Origin: Epiperipatus broadwayi
Lineage: Eukaryota > Animalia > Onychophora
Reading direction: 5' to 3'
DNA length: 64,000 nt
Assembly: GCA_028023455.1 (NCBI GenBank)
Contig: JAQFVV010000004.1
Span: 19,716,001-19,780,000 of the forward strand
Shown here one piece after another: positions 51,001 through 63,840 of the stretch. The number at the start of each line of letters is the position of its first letter. Position 1 is the stretch's first letter. A model generated the notes under the pieces. The model saw only the letters and a program-made list of their open reading frames with translations, did no database searches and was not told the origin of the DNA. The translations under genes and the position numbers were made by a program.

Positions 51001-52964
51001 ATTAAAAACAAATGTGATGAGAAATACAGCCATCATCATTTTCAGTAATTATTAAGAGATTGAAGTGTAGTTGAGAGGGATATATTGCTAGAAGAGTTGA
51101 CAATAGACGGACAGTTTAAATTTTAAACAGGATCCTAAGAGATTGTAAAAAAACCTAGAAAGAGAATGCCTGTGATATGGATGGATGAAATAAAAAAGTT
51201 TGCTAGTGTGATGTGGAGAAGAAAGGTGAGAAATCTGAGGAACTGAATTAAACTTTGGAGGAACCATCCTGCAGTGGATTAATTCTTTGGATTGATATGA
51301 TACTTGTTTGATCACTCATCTATGTCTTTTATTTACAATCTCTTCTTATTATACTAACTACATCTTTTTATACTTCAATGAGTGATCTGAAATATCTAAT
51401 GCTCTTTTGCTAAGTGCCCAGGTCTTGCATCCATAAGAAAGCATGGGCAAAACACAATTTTTAAAAACCCTTTTTTTTACACACACAGACATATTCTCTT
51501 TTAATGTTAAATTATTTTTGCCAAAAGCATTCAATCCAAGTTTAATTCTATGATTAATTTCATCCATTATGTTCCCATCTGTATTAATAATCTGACCAAG
51601 TTATTTATAATTAACTTTTTCTAATTCATTATCAATCTTTATTTTCTTCTTTTGCAAAAATTCATTGAACATTATTCTAGTCTTTTTACCATTTATCTTT
51701 AGATTTACTTTCTTACTATCATCTGATAATACTTGTACCATTTCCTGAATCTCTGAAGCATTATTTACAAATTCAATTACATCATATGCAAAATCTAGAT
51801 GATTTAAATATTTTCCATTTCCATTTATTCCCTTAGCTTCCCATTCTGATGGACAAAATAATTATTTTGCAAATTTGCTATAAAAGTTTAGGAAGTAGGT
51901 AGTCATTGTGTCATACACACTCAAAATGTCATTGCTGTTACATTCTGATAAATATTCTTCCTAATATGAACCAATGCTTTAAAACTGTATAAATACTTAT
52001 ATAATCAAATGCCTGTTCATAATCTAATCTAAAACATAATGGTAACTCATATTGATTGCTTCTTTCCATAACTTCCTACAATATTTGGATGTGATCCACT
52101 ATGCTAAAACCACTTTTAAATCTAGCATCTTGGTTAAAATCGAAAGTTTGCAGTAGACAATTTGTAATTATATTAGTAAGCATACTGATACAAACTGATA
52201 GGTCCATAGTTTTTAATATTTCTTTATTATTTTTTTTTTAAATATCAATATTATTATCACCTTCTTCCAATAATCTGTCACATTTTTATTATTTAACATT
52301 TGGTATATAACTTTTCCAACAGGTTTTCTATTTTTTCACTTGCTTTTTTTAAAATATTGATTATAATTCCATTATTACCTGGAGCTTTATCATTTTTATA
52401 GATTTAATTGCATGTCTCACTTCTTCATTTAAAATACTGGACAATTCAGAAGATTAGTAATAGTAGGGGATATTTTGTTTTTGTTTTTTGTTCTTTATTG
52501 CTATATAATTTTTTTATAAAACTCTTCCACACATTTCATGATGTCACTTCTCTTTTTAGTAATAGTTCCATCTTTTCTTCTCATAGAAAGAATAAATTTC
52601 CTACCAATACTAGAATGTTATTTTATACTTTTGAGACTTTTATTCTCTTCTATAACTTTTCTTGCTAATTGACAATTATATTTACTTATATCATTCTTAA
52701 TTATTTTAAAACTCTAGATTTCATTCTTATTAGTGAATCGCATTTATATATTTTCATAATTCTTTTCTTTATACATTGTCTTGTCTCAATACAAAATTTA
52801 CTGGTAAATCACTGTTTTTTGTAGCAGTTATCTTTGTTGCAGGTCTTAATTCTATATTAGCAATTTTATTATTAATTTTATTCAATATTAGGACTATTCT
52901 CAGAATCAAATGATTTGTAAGTTTTAATTTAAATGTATTGGAATGTTTCTGAAGATTGGAAATA

Positions 52965-53272
52965 GGCCAATAAACATTACACGATCACCATTTCTTATGC
53001 TTACTTATAACAGTTATTAAAACAGGCAAAATTTTTCATATAGTGTTGCCATTCAGTGCAAGCCAGAGTAATCAATGGATGCAAGAAGGCTTCTGCATAA
53101 AATCCCCATCTAGAACCTACTCACCCAATATTCCCACAAGCCAGAAACTAGTCTAGAGATATTGGATGAGTAGGCACTAGATGGGGATTTTATGCACAAG
53201 CCTTCTAGCATCCATTGATTACTCTGACTTGCACTGAGTGGTAATACTGTATGGAGAGTTTTGTCTGTTTTG
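52965..53272 (-). mobile_element. Fold-back mini-element family A, copy 5 (half ribozyme at the fold)
   Basis: Tail on the left, arms about 53018-53134 and 53155-53271, and 12-bp TSD AGATTGG(A/C)AATA at 52953-52964 and 53273-53284. Confidence 0.88.
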
Positions 53273-53509
53273 AGATTGGCAATATTGACTATAAGTATTC
53301 TTATTCTTTTTTGTACCTCTAGTTTTATATTAGAATGTATCATACATCTCATTTCCTACGTTAAATCTATTAAAAACATTATAATCTTGAAATACATATT
53401 TTCTGTTAGTCAAAATATAATCCAGTTCACCTATACCTTCATTTGGTTGCTTCCATGCCACATTTAGTATTTTTCTCTAAGAAGGAATTCATAATATATA
53501 GTTTTTTCT

Positions 53510-53885
53510 AATAGTTTTAACAAGGCTGTAAACCTTAGCAATGAGCGTCTGAAAAAATCGTCACTAGGGACCTCTGTAGGTCTTTAAAACACATGCTTAC
53601 GCTATGAAGAAAAGAGAGAATTGTGGACTTAATTAGTGAAGTATTTAATAGCTTCACACTCTTAGATCAAAACACTTCTGCTTCACCTATTTATATATAA
53701 AAGTAGGTCGAAGTAAAGAAGGGATTCTCTCTAGGGATTCTCTCTTTTCTTCATAGCGTAAGCATGTGTTTTAAAGACCTACAGAGGTCCCTAGTGACGA
53801 TTTTTTCAGACGCTCATTGCTAAGGTTTACAGCCTTGTTAAAACTATTACTGAAATAATAGTGAGCGTTTAATAAAATTTATAAT
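53510..53885 (+). mobile_element. Very young fold-back mini-element family P (perfect 113-bp arms)
   Basis: 53509-53621 is the exact reverse complement of 53737-53849. 36-nt tail at 53850-53885 and perfect 13-bp TSD TATAGTTTTTTCT at 53497-53509 and 53886-53898. It interrupts the RTE APE region. Confidence 0.92.
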
Positions 53886-56800
53886 TATAGTTTTTTCTGT
53901 GAAATTCATAAATCTGTATCCTTCGTCATTTTATCACTATAATCAAATTTACCAATAGCACTTTCATCTTTCAATCATTTACCAATTCTAGCATTATAGT
54001 CTCCAATGATAATTTTAAAGTGTTGTTTGATCTGATCAAAAATCTTTTGTACATTCAAATACAAATGCTCTATTTCATCACAATGAAAACCTGTGGGGCA
54101 TATGCCTACATTATCTGTTTTTGATATTGTTCATTAAGTTGAATAACTAATTTTTCCACTCTATATAATATTCTATCAATCTCCATAATGTTATTCTTAC
54201 ACTTTTTATTTATAATGAATCCAATTCCACTTGTGCTTCCAATATTTGTGCCTATGTAGTAAAATACATGCCCATTTTTAAAATCAATTGTCTCTTCACT
54301 TTTTCTTTTAATTTCACAAATTTCGACAATGTTTCATTAATATTAGACAGTTCTTTTTTCAATTCATGCAATCTTGCTCCATTTGAAACTGAGCAGCAGT
54401 GGTACATATATTGTTAAAAGGAGGTTGCCTTGACAACAGTTTGAAATTGTTGATTGTTATTTATATTGGGATTGTCTAAGTGGTGACTGGGTTTTAATGA
54501 TATATATAATTATTATATGTAATATGTAATTGCAAGAGCAGAATATCAAAGTCTTTAATTTTCAATAAACCTTTTTTCAGCCAACTGTGATTTTTTATTT
54601 ATTTACAGGCACCTAACTTAATATAAACTCCATTCATCAATGAGTTTTTAATTCCATAGATCATTTTTTCCTTCAAATTATGATAATGAGATTGTATACA
54701 TTGTGCAATTCTAATTTTGTTTTCTTCAAAAAAAAAAAAATAGTTTTTTATTTGGGATTTGGAATGTCTTTACTTGTTTATGAGTAACTGATAATGAATG
54801 AATGAAAATGTACCTAAATTTATAAATATATAGCTATTTACAAATTATGATCTTATATAATTTATAATGGGCATGATTAGATGTATGTGTAGCTCCTATA
54901 CATACTGGAGTAATCACTTCGTTAAGATCTTATAAAGTTTATATAAATGGAAGTTAATAATAAGTAAAATAAATACAGAATTTCTAAGGAAAAAGTAATT
55001 AACAAATCAATTAACTTAAATATGCACCATCATTTTTTTTTTGCATAAATTAATAGACTATTTGTATAAATTAATAGATGTAAACAATAGAAAGATACAC
55101 TCAGACATAAAATATTTGTGAATGTGGGAAAATCTTTGGAAATTCTATCCATATTTATTTGTTTAATAAATAAAATTTTATAAACAATTGAAATTTTTAT
55201 TTAAATTACCAAAGTACAGATGTTAGAATTTAAATAAATCTATTTCCAAAGACGCTAAATATTTTTTTTATTTTGGTTAAGATTTTGTTTTAATGAATGA
55301 ATGTGGAAATGAAGTCGATTTTATTTTTGATAAATAAAACATTCATTTTGATTTATTTTAAATCATCTATGTTACTCTTATAAAGATTTAAAATATGTTA
55401 AAAAAAGTATATATTGAAGATTTTGAACAAAATGTTTACTTATGGTAAGGTAAACATCTGAAAATACATATGAAAAACTAATGGATTTCAAATTAGGATG
55501 CTACATCTTTAGCATAGAATTTGAAAATAACTAAACGTTTTGTGCTGTTTGAATTTCTTGTGACTTTATATCTTAATTAATAAGTAAGGCTTACCAGATG
55601 TTTTTTTTAAAAATTAAATAAATGAAGAACTGGCTAAACTGTATAAGGAAATTCTTTAATTAGAAGCAGAACAGAGTATCCAAGGTAACTCTTGAATGCA
55701 AATTAACTGTGTGACACATTATGGTTAAAGGAAGCAGACAATCATCAATTTCCAAATCCATGCCTGTTTAAAAAAGAAAAGAACACTGTACTTTCAAATT
55801 CAAATGCTGTTAAGCAATACATTTGACTGAGAGCAGATAATATGGTTGAGTAGATAAACTTACCATTTCCTTATTGCATACTGGGAAGTCACTTTAATAA
55901 GATATTTGATTCAATTGAGTACAAACATTTTAAATATCCCCATAAATAATAATAACTAAAATATACATTTTTTCCCTTATCAAAAATATTTTAACAAATC
56001 GTGAAAGTGACTTTTACTAAATATATATTTGTCAGCAAATTTATTAAATGTATTTAACAATTGCTGAGAATGGCGTTTATAAAACAACTATAATAAGAAA
56101 AGTAAATTTAATATTTACATGAAAAAACAAAGAGAGAAAAAAGATATTATTTATTAAGCCCCTTCACATTTACATAAAATTTTTTATTGCTATCAATATC
56201 TATTATTTACCTAATCATATATACAGAGTAACTCTAATTTCTCAGTTATCTTTTATAAATGAATATGAACATAAATGTTCAAAGTAGTATATGGGAGCAT
56301 CTTTTAGATATAGTCATTTTAAACATATTTATCAAAAAGCTTTTTTCACTTTATGGGAATAATAATGAATTTATAGGTTTTACAATAACTTTTGATATTT
56401 ACTAAGGTATGTTATGAAAGTTAGACAGATAACATTTGAACAAAATCAACGTTTCTATGGCTACAGACAATAGAATATTCTACATTCCATGCTAGGGGTG
56501 AGAATGGGCACTTATTGCTTCTGAGTATTATATTAATGGATGATGGAAAAAGCAAGTGCACTTTTAAGTGATTTTAGCCAATCATATAGAAAAACCTAGA
56601 GCTACAAACTTGATTGTTATTGCTTCAAACTCAAAAATATGATTCACCGTGATAACTAGCTGAATCAATTTAACAACTTCTAGGAATAATATTTCTCATC
56701 CAACTCAATTTTTAAAGCCGACTGCTACTGCTTTAGTTTACTATTATGGTATAAATTATACATATTTTTTACTTTTTTCAAACTCTTTTTATAGATTTTT

Positions 56801-58844
56801 TAATATCCTACTTTTGTTAAATCGCATTTATCTTAACTCAAGTGTTAATCTGTTTATCTGTCCAGAAAGTTTTTTTCAAAACATATTGTCACTTTTACAG
56901 ATTGTTGCTTATAATTATATCTTAAGAGCCAACTTTTATTACTTCTAGTTTATCCTGAAAACAATTTTAATGACTTGGTTACTCGCTGTTTCATAACAAA
57001 CGTTGACTTCAAAATACTAAACACAGAACCACCATATAGGTAAAAAGAATCTTTAAGCAAGTTAAATTCTAGTGTTCCTAATCCCATGAAATAAAATTTG
57101 TAATTGAAGTAAAATGAATTCTATAAAAATTCTATTTAATGAAAGATAAAGAAATAGTAGATCATTAATACTTTTACCTTTTTATTTACTTATTAATTCT
57201 CCTAGCCTCTGAATGTTGGATGATCTTGAAGCTCCATCCCTCATTTCTGGATTACAGGTTATAATAAGGTTGATATAACTCTTAGGATATATTAGATCAA
57301 CTTTAACTTATATGTCAATTAGTTAGTTAAAAATATTTCTTGTTTGTTTGAAAACTCATTAGTTAATTACTTTTAATTTAGTTTAAAATCTCATATGCAA
57401 AATTTACATTTTTTATTAACAAATTATATTCCTTCAACAATAAAATATTTACACCATTATTTAATTTGTTATTTTAATTATATACATATTATACAGTCTG
57501 ACATTTTATTTATTTTTATCTATATTGTTTATTTTATAATTTTTTAGAAGCCATTAAATAAATGCATTTGGCTTCCTTTTATATGGATCAATTACAAGTT
57601 TTTAGCTAGGAAATAAACTTCATGAGAGTTCAAATCCAAAAAAAGCAGTTTAGTAAAACATATAAAAAATTATATTGGTATTTAAAAAATATATAATATC
57701 AGTATTAAAAAAAAAAAAACTTCAAGGTATCACCAGAATTGATCTCAGGACCCTTTCCTTCTGAGTCTGACACCTTTATTGCTCCATTATACTGAACACA
57801 CTATACTGATGATTGTAGAATATAACTGATTGTTGTCCAATATAAGACAGAATTACTGTAATTATTATGAGACTATTTTTTAAATAAGTTTATTTTTAAA
57901 TAAATTATTAATAGTAATGTGTTATATATATAAATTAGGATATTTTAAAAATATGATTAAGAAATTTAAACATTTCATTTGCATATAAATTTTGGTAGTT
58001 GTCATGGTGACATGGAACTAGTCTATTTCAGTTTAGCACAATAGTGGAGTATATATTATCTGCTGTAGTATATTATGAGCATTTGTCACAAGACTAAGTA
58101 AAAAAGTAATCCTCTTATATTTAAATAATAAATATTCTCAATTAGAACATATTTCTATCAATGAAGTGATTTGGAAATCTAACCCATTTTCATTTATATA
58201 TAAATTTAACAATTGTCATGGTGAAATGGTTCCCACAATGATGAAGTGCTCTTGTGCTGCATAAAGCAACAACCCTTATTATATATATTTAAATGACAGC
58301 GTAGTATATGCATAATTTAATCAATTTGATTAGTACAAAACTTTTAAAAATTGTTACCAGAAATTAATACCATTAAAATACAGAAAAACTTCTGATCTTA
58401 TATAATTAATATTTGTAGTTTGAACTGATGAAACAGATATTTAGAAATTAAAGCTATATCTTTTTGTCGAGGAACCTTCCATTTGTTTTTTTTATCAAAA
58501 GGATTGTTTTTATTTTATTTTTTAAACAGCAACACAAAAACATTACAAACATAGATTTTATTGTTTTATTTCAATTTATTGGGGAAAAAGGTTACAAAGA
58601 ATGTGTGTTAGGCCACAGATACATTTCTTTGATTGTATGAAAGAGTACTAATATACATTTATTTAAAGCTGTGTTGACTTTCTAGCTTGCACAACCTGCA
58701 CTTATTTACCTGCCTTGTGATTCATTTTGATCTTCATGAATATGTATGTACATTTGTCACAACAGTAAGTAAAAAAACTTCAAATGGTGTCAATATAAAC
58801 AATTAAACTGCACTCTGGTAATCATAGCTTTAATTATCTTTTAC

Positions 58845-59330
58845 AAAAAAAGATTCTTTCATTCTGCATACTTAAAATTTGTTTATATGGGTAATCGATT
58901 TGAATTACAACAACCAGAAGTGAAATGAGATGCATTATGCAAATTTATTTAAAATTGATGATATTTAAATTTACAGAGCAGAACTATCTATACTCATTTT
59001 AAAATTCTATAAATTATACAACACTAAATTTACAATGACAAAATATTAAAGTGCTAAAAAATATGTAATAGGAGAGTATATAAACAATTGAACTGCTTTC
59101 TAGTTGCCATAAATTTAGTCATTTTTTGCAGAAAAAAAAGAGATCATTTCTTTCTGTGAGCTCAAGATACATAGATACTTAATTTAAATGACATCAATCA
59201 ATGGAGTGAAAACTAAATCAGATATGATATTAAAGGCAGAGATTAATATCTGTATCTCTGGTTGTTGTGATTTAAATCAACTAACCATATAATTTTTGAA
59301 CATGCAGAAAAAAGCCATCTTTTTTTTTTC
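58845..59330. repeat. Old, diverged inverted repeat (probable fold-back element relic)
   Basis: TCTGCAT...TATATGG..A.T.GATTT.AAT.ACAACAACCAGA at 58863-58920 recurs inverted at 59253-59310; the inner segments also pair. Confidence 0.6.
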
Positions 59331-59390
59331 TGTAAAAGTTATACTTCACATACTTTTTAGCATTTATAATATTCTATCATTGTGTGTGTG

Positions 59391-59392
<2 letters not shown>

Positions 59393-59452
<60 letters not shown>
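59393..59452. repeat. (TA)n microsatellite
   Basis: Read directly. Confidence 0.95.
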
Positions 59453-59456
<4 letters not shown>

Positions 59457-60203
59457 GAAATGGGTAACTAAATTTAACAAACAATTTACAGCAATGTTAA
59501 TATATGCAATTAAGAAATAATATTAATTTTTCAAAAGTACTGTCTATGATATTTTCTGTTCCATATATTATCCACAGGATGAAAAAAAATCAAATCAAAG
59601 TGCATTAACCTGTCGAGATTGATTCAATATATATTTTTTAATGTAATAAATTATAGAATAAAATAGGAAGCATAATAGACTACACTTTGAAGATTTAATT
59701 TCTCCTTAATTATATATATATTTGTTATATTACTTTATAATCTACATAAATCTTAACCATTATCACCTCCAATCACTGCGCATGAAATATCCATTATTCA
59801 ATAGCCATATTATAAGAAAAAATAAATTAATCTGCAGAATGCATACATTTCAGGAAACACTCGTCATCAATGTTATTTAAATATTATAGTACAAACAATA
59901 TTTTTAAAAAAAGCCCGAACTACTTCAGGATTATCTTTTTAAATATCAATATATGATTAATGGCTAATGAGAATTATGATCATATTGTTGTCTTTCTATA
60001 ACATTTTAACTAATAAAGGTTACTTTTGAAAGATTTAATACTTAATTTTACCACAAGGATGAATTACAAAAAAAAAAAAAGTGTAATAATTATATTATTT
60101 AATAATACTTAATATATTTATATATAGATTATTTGTAGTCATAATTTTAGAATTGTAAATTAATTCTTACGATCGTTATTAGGTAGCCAATAAACTAAAG
60201 CCA

Positions 60204-62435
60204 GATCTTTATCCAGTGGCACTCGTGCCTTTTATTAAAAAAACGAAACCACTAAACAATATTATACAGTATCCAGCCAATTTCCATGACCCCATTGCTT
60301 ATCAAGATCATTGAGCCACTTATTAAAGATCAAATCCAAACTCAAATTCTTAACCATATCTCACCAAACCAATACGGAAAAAAGGGATCATCAACCTCAC
60401 ATGCTATGTCCAACATGACTGCACTGTTCAATTATATCAGAGTACATCATAAATCCAAACTTATTGCTGTCCAGCTCGATGTTGCAGCAGCATTTGATTC
60501 AGTCCAGATAAACACCCTCCTGGATATTCTGGTGGAATGTGACATTCTGTCAGCGAGTGTTCAGATGGTCAGCAATCTGCTCAATAACAGAGATTTTTCT
60601 CTCTCTTGATGGCAAGATCACACCAGGTTTCAAGCCATACAAGTCAATCCCTCAAGGATCTCCACTCAGTGCCCTATTCTTCTTGGCCTACATCAACCCT
60701 TTTCTGATGGATATAGAAAAAAACCTCCCAGGAGTATTCCTTCCCTCTCTCAATAAAAACTTCAATGTATTTGCACATATAGATGACATCATGGTTGTGC
60801 TACCCACCATTAAATACCTTCCCCATCTCATGAACATCTTAAACAGAAATACAATGAAACTTGGCCTACAAATAAATTTTAACAAATCTTCCATCTGGAA
60901 GATAATGTCTGGCAAACTAATTAACTCTCCCTTTTCTGCAAAATCCCAAAGATATCTAGGTTTCCCAATCTTCAAGTCTCCAACTGCAATGGCAAGAGAG
61001 ATTCAAGATGCAATCCTCCAATCAAGTGAAGCCATTACCATTTCATTCTCTAGAGTTTAACTCTTCCTTTTCTGCAAAAATCCCAAAGATATCTAGGTTT
61101 CCCAATCTTCAAGTCTCCAACTGCAATGGCAAGAGAGATTCAAGATGCAATCCTCCTATCAAGTGAAGCCATTACCAATTCATTCTCTAGAGTATACCTT
61201 TCATTATATGAAAAGGTTAGCCTCCTCAACATGATCATAAACCCAAAAATCTCATATTATCTTCCATTCATAAAAATGTCTAAACAGTTTCAAAATAAAA
61301 TTAACAGATTATGCACCAAACTTCTTTGGAGAGGAAGGATAGTTGCTATTAGCTTGCGAGGCATCCAATGACCATGCAGGTTCAATGGACTGTCATTCCA
61401 CTCGATACAGGTAATCATTTTACAAAAAACCCACAACACTCTACATAATCTTATCCTCTCCTGCAGATACTCCAATATTATTAAAAAAATTACACTGACT
61501 GCTCATCCTCTGCCCTTTTCCAGGTCATGGATAGAACACCTACAAGTCTATAACCCGATGTTGCCCTCTAACCTTAACCAAAAAATCACCTTATGGGAAG
61601 CCTACAATATAATCAACTATAACCAACACCCCATTAAAACCAGCCTAAATGTAACTAACTAAAGCCTCATTACACACTTTAAAAGATGGAGTCTGGAACC
61701 CAAATTCCTTGACTTCATCATTAAAATTAATCTTAACATGCTTCCCACGAATTGGTTTCTTTATCACCAAAGAGGTTTTTCTAGCATTGACCCAATATGT
61801 GGTCTGTGTTTGTGTGAAGATGAAACCATAGATCATATTATACACCAGTGTCCAAGACTTAAAACACTGAAAGATATAATCATCATCAACTCCAACATAA
61901 TATTTGACATGATTTTCTCATTTGAAAATGCCATTCATGTTGAAACTTTTGCAATAATAAGGTTTTCTATCTTTGTTCTTTATGCCATATGGATAGTGAG
62001 ATGCAAAACTCTCATAGAATTACCCCCGCCACTCATCATACCATTGTTTTATCAAACGCTCAAAAAAATTAAGAAACGCGACCAGCTCCTTGCCTCCAGT
62101 AAAGTCTTTGACGACACATGGTCTTTAACTGCTCTAGCTTTTTCTTGATTATCAGCTCCCACCTACCCAGCATTATAGATTAGGCAATTCTAAAAAAAAA
62201 TATTCATGTTTATGTTAAAATTCTAATACCAAGTTCTTAGTTTCTCATATTCTACACAAAATTCTTCATTATACCCAACCACATAAGTGTATAACAATTG
62301 CATTCTCATAACATAATCTAGCTAGATGGCAAACAGAACATTAATATGATCTTGTTATTGTACAATTTATTTATTGATTTTTCTTTTGTCGCATGTAATC
62401 ACTATTTACTGTTAATAAAAAATTTTGTTGAAATG
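60204..62435 (+). mobile_element. 5'-truncated L1/Tx1-type LINE related to the 14667-20495 element
   Basis: RT motifs PISMTPLLIKIIE, IAVQLDVAAAFDSV, SIPQGSPLS and HIDD; C-terminal CGLCLCEDETIDHIIHQC and KKRDQLLA; 11-bp TSD AACTAAAGCCA at 60193-60203 and 62436-62446. Confidence 0.9.
60921..61193 (+). repeat. 136-bp tandem duplication inside the truncated Tx1-type element
   Basis: Units 60921-61056 and 61057-61193 differ at only a few positions. Confidence 0.95.
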
Positions 62436-63429
62436 AACTAAAGCCAATTATTTTTCATGATTTTTTAAAAAAAATTCCTCGATTCATTTTTTTTAATATA
62501 AATTATATCAACAGTTGAAATAAATTAAAAATATCAAATAATGAAATTTTATTTATTGCTTCAAAGATTTTTTTTTTTGGAGGAAAAAGCTACCTAAATA
62601 GTCTTAAGAGAGATAGTTTTAAAAGAAGATTATGTAAGAAAATTTGAAGTACGTTTATGACGACTGACATGAAAATAAATTTTACTAACAATAGCAAACC
62701 ACTTGAATTTCTTTATAGCATTTAACTGGCTAAACTAAGTGATTAATCCAATAAGTAAAATAATATCTTCAAAGATTTAACGAGATATTTTCCTCTAAGC
62801 AAATATGTAACCAATCAAATCATTTCTAAGCACTCCTAAACTGCAATTCATAATCTCATAAGCATATGATATTATGGAATAGAACTTAAAGGAATGGAAA
62901 TATTTATAATAATTATATATAAATAATATGTAGATAGATTTATAGAAAGAATGATTAATTGATTAATAGATAGATATTTAGAATATTTGGTTGGCATTTG
63001 TATTTCATTATATTATGATGTTAATTTTAATTTATTTCTTAAGACAAAAACTATACATATGATAATAATATTTTTCTGTGCAGTTTAGCACTGTGATATA
63101 GTAATGGAATTTAAAAGCTAAAAGTTCTCAAATTGATTCTTTCTTACCTTAAATTTCACTTTACCCTCCAAGCAAAGAACCATTCAATGAATTTAAACAA
63201 AAATGCAGTCAAATCTGCTTTAACAAAAGTTTATAGAGGAAACAAATAATATAATGAATACTTTTTCTCACTAAGTTATATTTTATACAACAAGTGCAAT
63301 GAAAGATCCAGCTGTCAATTTAGTTCATTTACCTTTTTCTATTTGTAAATATTTTTAAAAAATAGTTTACTATATATAATCAAAATTACCAAATTCAAAC
63401 CTCAACCAGACTAGCCCAAAAATATAAAC

Positions 63430-63840
63430 TGTAAATTATTACCATTGGTTTCACTGCTACAAGCAGACTTTTCAAGTGTAAAAAACTACAAAATAACAAC
63501 ATATTTAAACTACACATTAACCACAATTCTACTTCCCATCCACCCTTAATATTAAATAACCTTTAAATAAGTTAATTGCTTCAGAATTATAAATTTTTAA
63601 TAATAAGGATTCTTTAATTTTTATTTTTATTTCATTTCTCTCAAAGAAGACAACTTTAGCTTCCTCAAAATAAATAGTGTGACCTGCATCTTTTACATGG
63701 ATATATAAAGCAGAACTAAAATATTTATTTCCAACTCTACTTTTATGTACCTTTATTCTTTTATTTAAGCTCAACTACTTTGCCCTATATAAACCTTCTT
63801 ACAAAAAATAAGGAATAATGTACACTACTCCAAAAATAGC
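63430..63840 (-). mobile_element. Penelope-like element relic: GIY-YIG endonuclease plus downstream hammerhead-like motif
   Basis: GVVYIIP(fs)CKKVYIGQS(fs)SLNKRIKVHK...SALYIHVKDAGHTIYFEEAKVV..ERN..KIKIKESLLL...IN, followed about 50 nt after the stop by TTGAAAA...GAAAC. Confidence 0.85.

Larger units (their letters stand above)
51029..54520 (-). mobile_element. Full-length decayed RTE LINE hosting two mini-element insertions and an internal inversion
   Basis: APE motifs (SNGARLHEL, SGIGFII, AYAP, IIIGDYNARIG, ELDYILTN), DKAPG, DYEQAFD, ORF 51358-51567 (RIKLGLNAFGK...CVLPMLSYGCKTW), and tail CTGAAAATGATGATGGC. Confidence 0.88.

Noticed and set aside
53737-53885. Twister ribozyme resemblance (GGTCCCTAG, GGTTTACAGCC)
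   Set aside because: The required pseudoknot partners and the UAA/P2 arrangement could not be formed.
57720-57800. Possible second tRNA-derived SINE head (- strand)
   Set aside because: A/B boxes are too degenerate and there is no cloverleaf or second copy.
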